Origin: Chlorokybus atmophyticus
Lineage: Eukaryota > Plantae > Mesostigma and Chlorokybus algae
Reading direction: 5' to 3'
DNA length: 64,000 nucleotides
Assembly (NCBI GenBank): GCA_009103225.1
Contig: RHPI01001428.1
Location: 184,158 to 248,157, forward strand
Part shown: in pieces, positions 25,058 to 36,629 of the stretch
Numbering within the stretch: position 1 is the stretch's first letter
Layout: every line of letters begins with the position of its first letter
Made by a program: the position numbers and the translations under genes
Notes under the pieces: generated by a model
Database searches by the model: none
Told to the model about the DNA's origin: nothing
Seen by the model: the letters and a program-made list of their open reading frames with translations, nothing else

Positions 25058-25888
25058 GCACACGACGATACTGTAAGTCTTGCTTGGCGTCATCCTCATG
25101 TGCGTGCGCTCATCATCACCTGGTGTTGCTGTCTACATGCACGCAGTTTGCTCTGTTGCTTATGCCTTCGGCTACTTTCTGCTGAGAGCACCACATTGCA
25201 CCCAATGTCAGTGTATGTAATATGCCTCGGTCCAAGGTATGCCGTTGCAGCATGTCATTGGATTTGCTGTGCGCCAGGGTGTCCTTGCAAGTCCTGCTGT
25301 CAGTGCTCATTGTCTGCCGCTATGTTGTTGTTATCAAGTATTATCAAGTATTGCTCGCTATAACCATTGCTAGAGAGTCATTGCTATCGTACACTGGTCT
25401 GTGGCAGTGTGCTGCTGGTCTATCATGTGGTGCAACAGCTGACCTCAGCTAGTTGCACTGGCACTTGGTGATGGCTATTGCAATAGCCCTCTTGGTATGA
25501 TGCGATAGCCTCAACTGCCAGGTCGAAATGACCCATCCGCTGGTCTGCCGAAGTGCATGTTGATTTTTCCTTAGTATAATATGACTAGCAGGTTGTCACA
25601 ACACAATATGTTGTCGGTTGAGTCCTGTCAAGTTTGTGTGATGTGCAGCTATGGGTAATATGTGGCATTATGTCACTGTCACAATGCATGTAACCTGTGC
25701 AGCCACTGGTGGCCTTGATGTTGAGGCCCTTGAGTGCATGCAGCTTGTGGAATTCACCGAGCACATAGAATAGGTACAATGCTTTATACACGCCATGCTT
25801 AGTCCTCTGGACTCAACAAGCTACGCTTGTATACCAGGCTGTGCACCTTGACTGCGCAAATTGTGAATGCGCCGCTTAATTGTCACCT

Positions 25889-27871
25889 CTACTCTTGCAA
25901 CCTGCAGGTGCACGTCCGATGTGGTGGTAAGCAATGGCCACAATTAGTGCGAGGCATGAGGGCAGCACTGAGGTAAGCAGGCAACTGAGGTAAGAACAGT
26001 GATACTGTCTGTGTGACTGCTGCAACACTGACAACTGCTGCTTAAGCTTGTGTACCTCCATGCGCAGCGCATCTTTTGCAGGCCCTCGGTCCAGGCTTTG
26101 TACACTTAGTGCATTCTGTAGATCACAGATAGATATCAGCAGATGCAGTGGCTAGCTGCTAACAAGCTGCGTTAGCAATGAATGGCCTGAAATGTACCTT
26201 GTGTAAACTTGTATTGGGTTGCTTGCTTGCTCTTAGTACCTCCACCTGCACAGCACCATCACAGTAGCCATCAGTAGCCAAGATCACAACTCTTACCAAC
26301 GCAAGGCAAGTTTTCTGGCTGCATACATGTCGCCGAAGGCGTGCGTCGAGATCTTGCAGTGCCTCCATCCGTTCGCTCTTGTTGCCATCCCAAGTGCGAG
26401 CCCGCAGCAAGCCCACTTGTGCACGCGCACCACTCCTGTCCAACAACACAAGCTCACTCTCAATACCACGACTAATTCCCGCGCACACGACGTCAACATG
26501 TTCTACGCACGTGCTGGCCTCAGCCTCCACAGCGCCTCCATTAACACTACGGCTTTGCGCCTCAGCATTGACTGGACTTCGCGCCCGACTCAATGTCCTC
26601 GTCAAGGTTAACGTCTTCGCATTTGTGCTGTGCGTGGGCGAGTACGCAGTGGACTGGCCCTCGCCCTCATCACTCTCCAGCTCCGCCCTGATATCGCTGC
26701 TGCTGGCCGTGTTGTACCTCGACAGCGAGGTGTTGTTGTCGTCATGGTACTCGATCTCGCCCTCATTGCTGGTGGTGGCTGTCTCAATGGAGAACCTCTC
26801 CTCGCGGAACTTGGGTGAGGGCGTGAAGAGCGGGTTGTTTGTAACGGAACGCCGTGCGAAACAATGATGGGAGTTGACATTAGGATCCTCATCATGGTTG
26901 CTCTGTGGTTGAGGAGGATGCACTCAGTGAGGCACGTATCATGTGGTTCCATACAAGAGGGATGCTTGAGACAAAGGCTGACACTGAAAAGCATGAATCC
27001 ATACACATGCTGCTGTTATATGCGCACACCAATGCTTAATAGCTGCTTCCACGCACGGACTACATTCTCTCACGGCAGTTGCATTTGCACTCCCTTGTAA
27101 CCTTATGCAAACCCAACACGAGCTGGGCCCACCACAATGCACAATACCAACCGTGCTTGTTGGTAAACACAATTCCGTCGCGCCTTGTTTGTACAATCTG
27201 CATACTTCATTGCTACGAACCAATGCGAACCCACCTGATACTCGAGTACTTTGAGCGGCGTGACCACGCGCACTTTGGCGCTGGGGCTCTCGGCTGCGCT
27301 CCCAACCCCTCCACCGGCCGCTCTCTTCCGGTCCTCCCTGCCAGTACCCGCACCCGCCACGACATCCCTGACTACTACTACTTCCCTGCCCACACCCTCG
27401 CCCACAACGACTACACCTCCGCCGCCGCTGATGCTACTGCTGCTGCTGCTGGCTAGCTTCTGCGCCAACTGCACCAGCCTGCGCTTGTGGCCTGGCAGAA
27501 TGAGCGTCTTGGTGAAGGCCTGACAGAGATAGATAACACAGTTAGGGGGCGGGGCGGGGGATCAGTGTTATACTACAGCAACTACCAACCTTCTTGACCT
27601 CAATTCCAACAACAACACGAGTAATATGATAGCAGCTACCACTGACCTCAATTTGGATAAGGTCTGCTGTGGAGAGTGCGGAGAGTGTGTCCTGGTCGTC
27701 ATATCCTGCAGCAATAAAGGCGGCAGCGTACTGAGGCAGCCCCGCGGCTGCCAGCCAGGCCGCCGCGGCACTCCGACCCTGCTTCTCCTCGTTGCTCTCC
27801 GCTCTCCCCCTCTCCTCCTCCGACTTCTCCGCCGCCCCCGCCGCCGCCTGCTTGGACCCCCGGCAACCCAT
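25889..27871 (-). CDS. SAM-domain protein with an N-terminal MGCxxSK acylation motif and a C-terminal coiled coil; function unknown
   Basis: MGCRGSKQ start. SAM-like WLAAAGLPQYAAAFIAAGYDDQDTLSALSTADLIQIE|AFTKTLILPGHKRRLVQLAQKL. Phase-compatible downstream exons (SNHDEDPNV...; DALRMEVHKLKQQLSVLQ). Confidence 0.62.
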
Positions 27872-28367
27872 CAGCGCACACGTGGCCGCGCAGGAGCAGG
27901 AGTTAACGTTAACAGGAGAGAGAGAGCCAGAGAGAGAGACGGGACTCACGTGATTTTGTCACACGGAAGGGAAGAAACGTGTAAGGAGTCCGGAAGTTTT
28001 CCAGTTGAGGAACTTCCGGCGGCAAACCCTGAGTGTGCTGTGGCGGAGGCGGCGGTGGGGTTGGTGTGGACGGCGTTTCTCGCCGTGCTCAACGTTGGCA
28101 GGGTATGCGCAGTACACAACGAGATTTGGGCAGCTGCCGGCTCAACGGTGCGTTGCTTGCTGTGTTCTAGAAGCTTATGCATTCTGGTTTCCTTGCATGA
28201 CTGCATGAAGTTGCTGGTCGGCACTTGGCTTGCTCTCCGCCTCCTGGTTCTCTGGTCGTCCTCCTCAATTCCCCCCATTTCTGCCTCCTCCTGCTGTGCT
28301 GACTCTTCCTGCCAACTTCAGCCGCACACTGGGCAGTGCCTGGCTGGCTTGCTTGAGCCAGAGACGC

Positions 28368-31300
28368 ATGTTGTCCGCCGCCGCCGCCGCCGCCGCCATC
28401 CTGCCCTGTGCCGCAGCGACAGCCACCGCTCCCATCGCCGCCGCCGCGAACGCCGTCTGTCCGGGCGGCGCCGCCTGCCCGGGCGGCGCCGCCTGCTTGA
28501 GCACCAGCCTGGCTCACCGAGCGCTCCTGTCCCACCCACCCTGGCGACAGCCACTACTCCTCGTCCTCTGCGGCATTCAGGTTGTTGGCGGTGTCCTTGT
28601 CGTTGTGCATGCGCGTTGGTGCTTGCTTGCATGTGTGCGGGCTTGTGTATGCGTGGGTCGGCGCAGGCCTGCCTACCTGTGCATAAGGAGTTCATTGGGA
28701 CACCATGCATAAACCATAGCAAACAAGAGACAGCGTGGGCAGGCAGTGAAGGAAACGGAATGTGACTACCAGGGGCCTCTCAGCCGTTGGGCTGAGAGGC
28801 CCCTGGTAGTCACATTCCGTTTCAACTATGCTTTCTGTGTGCAATGCGTGTGCTCGTGCGTATGTGTGCGCCAATGCGCATGCATGCGCGCCCCTCTCCC
28901 CCTCTCCCCCTCTCCCCTTCCCTCTCCCTCTCCCCCTCTCTCCCTCTCCCCCTCCCTCTCCCCCTCTCTCTCTCTCCTCCTCTCTCCCCCTCCCTCTCTC
29001 CCCCTCTCTCCCCCTCCCTCTCTCCCCCTCTCTCTCCCCCTCCCTCCCCCTNNNNNNNNNNNNNNNNNNNNNNNNNNNNNNNNNNNNNNNNNNNNNNNNN
29101 NNNNNNNNNNNNNNNNNNNNNNNNNNNNNNNNNNNNNNNNNNNNNNNNNNNNNNNNNNNNNNNNNNNNNNNNNNNNNNNNNNNNNNNNNNNNNNNNNNNN
29201 NNNNNNNNNNNNNNNNNNNNNNNNNNNNNNNNNNNNNNNNNNNNNNNNNNNNNNNNNNNNNNNNNNNNNNNNNNNNNNNNNNNNNNNNNNNNNNNNNNNN
29301 NNNNNNNNNNNNNNNNNNNNNNNNNNNNNNNNNNNNNNNNNNNNNNNNNNNNNNNNNNNNNNNNNNNNNNNNNNNNNNNNNNNNNNNNNNNNNNNNNNNN
29401 NNNNNNNNNNNNNNNNNNNNNNNNNNNNNNNNNNNNNNNNNNNNNNNNNNNNNNNNNNNNNNNNNNNNNNNNNNNNNNNNNNNNNNNNNNNNNNNNNNNN
29501 NNNNNNNNNNNNNNNNNNNNNNNNNNNNNNNNNNNNNNNNNNNNNNNNNNNNNNNNNNNNNNNNNNNNNNNNNNNNNNNNNNNNNNNNNNNNNNNNNNNN
29601 NNNNNNNNNNNNNNNNNNNNNNNNNNNNNNNNNNNNNNNNNNNNNNNNNNNNNNNNNNNNNNNNNNNNNNNNNNNNNNNNNNNNNNNNNNNNNNNNNNNN
29701 NNNNNNNNNNNNNNNNNNNNNNNNNNNNNNNNNCTCGCTCTCGCTCTCGCTCGCTCTCGCTCTCGCTCGCTCTCGCTCTCGCTCGCTCTCGCTCTCGCTC
29801 TCGCTCGCGCTCGCTCGCGCTCGCTCTCTCGCTCGCTCTCTCGCTCGCTCTCTCATGTGGTCGTTGCGTCACTGAATTTCAATAATCTCCGCGCAGGGCA
29901 GTGGCAAGTCGACGTTTTGCCGGCGTCTGCTCGAGCTAGACCCAACTTGGGAGCACGTCTGCCAGGTGGGAAGAGCAAACACATGCCGATCACAACCCAG
30001 TCACCACATGTAGCAATGCGCTGTTTCTGCGTCAACACCAACTCACTCCCGCGCCCAGGACACGGTTGGGGGGCGGGGTAGGCGCGGCACCCGCGCGCAG
30101 TGCTTGTCGCGCGTGTCGGCTGCGCTCGCTGTAGGTCGCAGCGTCGTGGTGGACCGCACCAACGCCGACCCCGAACAGCGCGCCGACTTCATCCACGCGG
30201 GGGTGATCGCGGGCGCGGCCGCACACGCCCTCTGGCTACAGGCAAGCGTCGGGTTGGGTTGGGTTGGGTTGGATTGGAGTGGTAGTGATAGCTCACCTGT
30301 GTGTGGGTGTGACACCCAACATCGTCCTCGTCCAGGTGCCTGCGAAAGAGTGCCTTGAGCGCGTGCGCAACCGCGTCGGCCATGAGGGCGGTGTCGACGG
30401 CAGCAACGCCAAGGCGGCGATGATCGTCCACAGTACCAGCCGCCGCCTTCAGGCACGCATCGCAGCTTGTCACTATACACACGCATGCACGCACGCTTAT
30501 ACAAGTGTCTCACTTCTTTTGCATTATGCCAGCCTCCTACACGATCGGAAGGGTTTGAGCGGGTCTTCCGTGCATCTCGCGACGCCGACATCAACTGCGC
30601 ATTGCGACTGTACTCTGCATCATCAAGGTGTGGGTTGAACGCAGCTGCAGCCATGACAATGCACCCCTCACCCTCCGCACCACCAACAAGCTCACAACCA
30701 AGCGCGCAGCACGTAGCCACCATCACAACCACAACCATACCCAGCACCACCACCACCATCATCACATCATCGACAACAACAACAAGTGCACCCACACCCG
30801 CAGCACCGCGCAACGCGTTTCAAGAGATGATGAACGCGGCCCGGCGACACGCACAACAAGCGTGCGCGCACGTGCCGGCAAAAAGGAAGGGTGCTGAGGC
30901 CGATGTTGGATGTAAAGAGTATGTTGGTATACATGCGCTTCTGAATTACGTGAATGCGCCGGAACGACACCCACAGGTTGTGCTGTATCACGACGAGGAC
31001 GTCGTGGTCGTTACAGACAAATATCCGAAGGTCGGAAACGGCAGAGTGTCTCTTGACACGCACATACACACGCCCCACGCATGCGCACACACGCACACAA
31101 AGACACATTCATGCACACACACACACATGCACGCACCCACACGCACGCGCACGTATACGCACACACGCATGCACGCACGCATAACACAACTCGCTCTCTC
31201 GTGCAGGCTCGCTTCCACGTGCTGGTGATAGCACGGGACACCAAGCTGACCTCCGTATCCGCCTTGACAAAGGCCGATCTCCCGCTCGTGAGGCACATGC

Positions 31301-31758
31301 ACGAGACGGGACTCAGGATCGCCCGGGAACAGTGCGCTCACAAAGCAGACGGACTGCTACTCGGCTTCCACGCAGTAAGGAGTAGCTGTCACATCGTGAT
31401 GCTGGTGTAAGCGTGATATGCTGTGTTTACGTGTTTTGTCCTCCTCCACCAGGTTCCTTCGATGCGTCCGTTGCACCTCCACGTCCTCTCCGCCGACCTC
31501 CTCTCCCCCCACCTCAAGCACCGCAAGCACTGGCGCTCCTTCGCCTCGCCCTTCCTCCTGGACATCACACAGTGTATCGCCGCCCTCGAGTCCGACGGGT
31601 TGGTAAACGTCGACACCGAGGACGCGGAGAGGCTGCTCAAGGGACCGATGGAGTGCCATAGGTGCGGAACGGCGATGAGGAACGTGCCGGAGTTGAAACG
31701 GCACGTGGAGGGGTGCAGGGAAGGTGTTAGGATACCGCATGTGGTGGATTTGCTGTGA
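28368..31758 (+). CDS. APTX: Aprataxin-like fusion protein: AAA_33/P-loop kinase, Thr-rich linker, HIT domain and zinc finger
   Basis: Exon 1 ends LLLVLCGIQ (28580) and exon 2 starts GSGKSTF (29897), which reconstitutes the Walker A motif. Also seen: SVVVDRTNADPEQRADF, PPTRSEGFERVF, the HIT region DKYPK|ARFHVLVI, GFHA|VPSMRPLHLHVLS, KHWRSF, and CHRC...LKRHVEGC. Confidence 0.9.
28752..28823. repeat. Perfect inverted repeat (34-bp arms, 4-nt loop) in APTX intron 1
   Basis: GAAACGGAATGTGACTACCAGGGGCCTCTCAGCC-GTTG-GGCTGAGAGGCCCCTGGTAGTCACATTCCGTTTC, checked base by base. Confidence 0.95.
28890..29854. repeat. Polypyrimidine (CT-rich) tract, assembly gap (N 29052-29733) and (CTCG)n tract
   Basis: Low-complexity sequence seen directly on both sides of the N-run. 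Confidence 0.95.
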
Positions 31759-32380
31759 GGGGATGTGGGGTTGATGGTTTCAACTGGGTGTGTGGGTTTT
31801 GTGGACGTGTGGTTGTGTGTGCAGTTAGCAGTCGTGTGCGTGTACAGCAGTCAGCTCAGCTATAGGGTGGCATTGTGTGTTATAGCAATGCCATATGGCA
31901 GCTTAACTTATCCTTCATAACAGCGTGCCAAACTGTTGTCTATCTGACTACGTCAGTTGGAAGAAGTCTCTGTCTTTGTTTGCGAGGCTGTTGGGATCAT
32001 ACGGCACTATATACGCCGTCCTTCCTCTCCACACGACCGATCCCGCCACTTCCAAGAAACACCCAGCCGGGTGTCGGCAGTTGCAGGCCCACTGCTCGTC
32101 GCGCGCGTGACCCGATCGCATCATCGAAGGCGACGATGAGTCCCCGCCAGTCGTCAGTATCACTAATGCACCCGCGGGCTCGCAGCGACCGCGCTGGTGG
32201 AGGACGTACGGCTTCTGAGCCGAACCGGCACCACCTGCGGGGAGGGGTGGGTGGAGTGGGGTGGGTGTGAGTGGGTCACAGGGTCCCAGTGTCAAAGCCA
32301 TAGCGCTAACACAACAACACAAATCCAAAACAACCACGACGCGAAGACACATCACAATACAACCATCAGCTGCGTAGGCC

Positions 32381-35300
32381 TCACGCCAAGAGCACAACTG
32401 AGTGTGCTTGTGGAGGAAAGTGAGGCAAATGTGGCTTCTGTGACCGTGGAGTACTTTTCACCAGTGCAGTTGTGTGCAAATCTTGTGCGACACAGTGGTA
32501 CTGTTGCATCACACTGCACGAGTTGGCCTGGCGACACGCGCATGCACACAGTCGCACGCACGCAAGTATCAACAAGCGCACTTGTGTTACAGTGCGCATG
32601 CGCGCACACGCACACTGTGACAGCTCACACTGAGAGACAAGCAAACTCCTCACCATTTGCTGCGATGCATATCATTCCTTCCCCTTCCATGGCCGTCCCA
32701 ACGTCGCCCCACCTCGGCAGTGAGAGCGTGGCAGTGGCAGCCAGCGCTTTAGGCGGACAACACGCAGAGCTGTCCGTCGCCGCCGGTTCCGATGCGACGG
32801 CCGTGAGAGAGCGTCGACGGGCGAGGGGGGGACGGGGGGAAACGCCGTACGCCTTGCGGGTGTGGTCGGGGGCTGGAGGGGGGGGGAGGAGATGTGCGTG
32901 TGCGTGTGCGAGCGCGTGCACTTGCATGCAAGCGTGCATGCGTGCGTGCGTGCGTGCACTCGTGCGCGAGAGTGCCTCATCATCATGTGTTGTCTACTTG
33001 TTGATGTATTATGGTGACATCCTACCTTCGCGTGCTGTGGACTTGTGCTTGTTTGGGATGCCCGCATAGAACGGCGCAACGGCATGCGTGTTACGAGTTG
33101 TTGGGTTGGTGTTGGCGCCATGGTTCTTGTGACTGTCATTATCGCCGTCATCGCTGGAAGACTCCTCTTCGACCGCTGCCGTGTTGGTTTCTTCTCTTGC
33201 TTGCGGGGCCGAAGCGCTTGTTGTTGTTGTTGAGACTACGAGGACATTACAACTACAACTGCTTTGTCGCTGCAGCTGGAGGGACTGAGACAAACACCTC
33301 TCTTGCAGCGTCCTGCGTTATGGCACTTGTAATTGTAAATCTTCTATAGTATTGCAGGTAGTAATGTAATACTGTATCAATGTATCTACCTGATGACTTT
33401 CTCGTAAGAGGCTTCCGACTCTGCCGCAGCCTTCTTCTGCGCCGCCAACGCCTCGCTTTGGGTCTTCAGAAGCGTCTGTGCGCACATGCGCAACGTGAGA
33501 TAGCGTGTCCTACAGTGGACAGACACACATTGAGCACACAATGAGACTTGTTCATACCTCTTTGGTTCTGAGGTCTGATGCCAGCTGCGTCACCTCCCCT
33601 TCTTTCTGCTTAACCCCTGCCAGATACATAATTGTCACACTGACACAACGCAACGCAACACAACATCAACTGCATGCACATCTCTACGCTTTCTTACTTC
33701 TCTCAGCTTCAGCGAGCTTGTCAAAGCGCACGCGTGCCTTCTGATTCGCCGCCTGCACGGCCCCGTCGCTCTGCGCAAGCAAAGAACCTCCGTAAACCGT
33801 GTAGCCATTCGTTTTGGTGGAGAGACACGCAAGTGATACATCCTAGTGCCTGTCTGCCACAGCAACACCTCACCTGTTTGAGGAGGGCGGTCAAGGCCAG
33901 CAACTGGTCCTGAAGCTCCTTAAGGCTCTTCTCCAGCATCGCAATGCGCCCCTGCACATACACATTTCTGGCGATGATGTCGATGATGATGATGATAATG
34001 ATGATGATGTTGTCGACAGTGATGGTGATGCGTGCCTCGGCAGACATGAGTTCGAGGCTTCGAGCGGCGAGCCTCTCCTTTGCCGCACGAAGCTGAGCCG
34101 ACTGCATGCGTCGGTGTGGGGATGCATCCCAAGTCAGCGTGTCAACAATGGGACGACACTCACAGCACCACTCAAGCGAGACGCCAGCCAGCAGCCTGCC
34201 TTACCTGCTGTGCGTTGGTCTCTTGCTCCGCCTGCAGCTTCAACTGCAGATCCATCTCTTTCTGCATAACAGCCAATCGTCACCATCGGCGACAACAGTA
34301 ACAGTAACAGCAACGATAGCAACCAACACGACGATAGCAGCAGCAGCGGCCACAACAACAACCATGACGACAACAACGACGACAACAATGACAAAACCAA
34401 GGACACCACAACCACAACCACAACACCTCTTACTTGGGCTTGGGACTGGAGCGAAGCCAAAGGAGGAGCTCCATTCCCATCTCCATCCTCGCTGCTGCCG
34501 CCGCTCAGCGAGTCGTGCAGATGGTGATGATGCACATGATGCTGCCACTGCTGCTGCTGCTGGTTCTGTTGGTTGTGGTTTTGTTGAGACTGTTGGTGCG
34601 GGTGGTGCTGTTGGTGTTGGAAAGTGGCGGATGGGGAAGACAACGGCTGTGCGTGCTGCTTGTTGTTGGTGGTGGTGGAGAGGACCTTCTGCAGACGCGG
34701 ACGAGCTTGCCGCTCAGATACAACCTGTTGGCGTTGTGACACAGAGATGACTACAGCAGCAGCAGCAGAAGCAGCAGCAGCACCATCATCAACAACAACA
34801 ACAACCAGCGACAGCGACAGCGACAGCGACAAACACAACCACCACCACCACAACAACACCCACCGTGCGGTCCCGTGCCGGGGAAGACGCTCTTTCCCCA
34901 CTCCTATCTCCATCCTTCCCTCCTCCCCCTCCTGCATCCCCCTCCCCCTCTTCCCTTCCCCCTCCCCCTCCCCCTCCCCCCNNNNNNNNNNNNNNNNNNN
35001 NNNNNNNNNNNNNNNNNNNNNNNNNNNNNNNNNNNNNNNNNNNNNNNNNNNNNNNNNNNNNNNNNNNNNNNNNNNNNNNNNNNNNNNNNNNNNNNNNNNN
35101 NNNNNNNNNNNNNNNNNNNNNNNNNNNNNNNNNNNNNNNNNNNNNNNNNNNNNNNNNNGGTCTGTCTCCCCCTCCCCCCTCACCCGCCGCCCTCCCCAGC
35201 TTGGCGCACACGGCGTCCACGAGGCCGCGCACCCGCTGCATGTACTGCAAGGCCTCCCAGAAGTCGGGGGATTCGGAGGTGGGGGTGGCGGAGGAGGGGC

Positions 35301-35900
35301 GGGTGGAGGGGTGCTGTTGGGGTTTGAGGAGAAGTTCGGCGCAGACGAGGTCGATGCGGGCGAACTCGTGGGGGGCGTGCCAACGCTCCAACACCTGGGA
35401 GGTGCAGATATTGGGGGCGGTGTTGTGGGGGTGGTTGTGGCGTGTTGTTGCAAGTGTGAATTTGCCCGAGTGAGTATGTGTCATGAGTCACAAGTGTGCA
35501 TCTAGTACGTGCCAGTTCAGAGATGTACGTAGTCAACACAAGTGCAGCACAACAGCCTCAGTCATATAGTATCAATGTGGTGACCATCATCAAAACCATA
35601 ACCATGGATAGGATCGCAACCGCGCATGAGCGGTTACTAGCCAGTACCACGGATGCGAGTACTTCTCTCCTAACCCAAACCATGAGTCCAAACACTGCCA
35701 CTGTGCTTACTCACGTCCGCAGTCTGTCGGTCTATGGCCGTGAGCTGGTGCGCCAACGCGGCAGACGCCCGTCTCCCTCCCATTCCCCCTCCGGCGCTCT
35801 TCGTCGGGTACGTCCCCCCGGAGTGGAGACTGAGGATGCTGCCGGCCGATCTGGGCAGTGGCGCCGCGGCAGACATCCCGTGGGCTGAAGTGTTTGGGGT
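32381..35900 (-). CDS. Hypothetical coiled-coil protein with Q/H-rich low complexity; both ends uncertain; interrupted by the second gap (N 34982-35158)
   Basis: Phase-compatible GT-AG exons read KEMDLQLKLQAEQETNAQQ|SAQLRAAKERLAARSLELMSAE, GRIAMLEKSLKELQDQLLALTALLKQ|SDGAVQAANQKARVRFDKLAEAE, RVKQKEGEVTQLASDLRTKE|TLLKTQSEALAAQKKAAAESEASYEKV. An upstream exon reads VLERWHAPHEFARIDLVCAELL. I recognised no family. Confidence 0.45.
34300..35190. repeat. Trinucleotide microsatellite mosaic (CAA/GCA/GAC) and C/T-only tracts flanking the second assembly gap
   Basis: Repeats and N-run (34982-35158) seen directly. Confidence 0.85.
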
Positions 35901-36629
35901 CTCTGGCTGGCTAGCTGGCTAGGGTATGGTGGCCACACTGTCTATCTATGCTATATCCTGATGCTGCTCACAATAACCTGGGAGAGAGGACGACTATGAG
36001 CACACCTCAGTGACTGAACAACTCAAGGGGATACACATGTGTAAGGGGCAAAGCTGCTTCTCGGAGTGCAGAAGCTACTCCAGCAACAACTGCTGAAGTA
36101 CTGCCTGGGTGCGCGTGCGCGCGCAAGGATGCGTGCGTGAGCAACCTGCAATGATGGGCGAGCACATCATCAGCTGCACGTTTTGTTCTCCACCCTCATC
36201 AATCCAGAGATCTACCTAGCGAACGACGTCCATCACATCCTTGTTTGTTGTTGTCTCCCGCACGACAACAACAAGAACTCAGCGATTTTGTACATCATCC
36301 AACGTAGACCTAAAGCACCAAGTGACACCGTCATCACGTGACCACCGTGCGGACCCCGATCGGACTAGCCCCGCACGCGCCCGGTTCACATCCCGATCCG
36401 ACACGTCAATCCGCCGGAGGCTGCTCGAACCGGAACGATCCAGAAGCCGACGGCGTGTGTGGGACACGTCTCGCATCATGCGTGTCCCGGACACGCCGCC
36501 ACTGGCAGGTGCAAATGATATGGTTGTTGGCAATATTGGTGTTGTTGACAACAACTTGTTGTCGGCGGGGGTGTAGGCAGCGGAGGGCGTCGTTGCTTCC
36601 AGGAAGGAGGGGTGACTGTGTCAGCGACC

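Noticed and set aside
28746-30081. Long ORFs with RSRSRS or ERERER runs resembling SR proteins
   Set aside because: They are translations of (CT)n and (CTCG)n repeats read through an N gap, and they lie inside APTX intron 1.
32197-33069. 290-aa plus-strand ORF
   Set aside because: It starts at GTG, is low-complexity, and is antisense to better-supported minus-strand exons.
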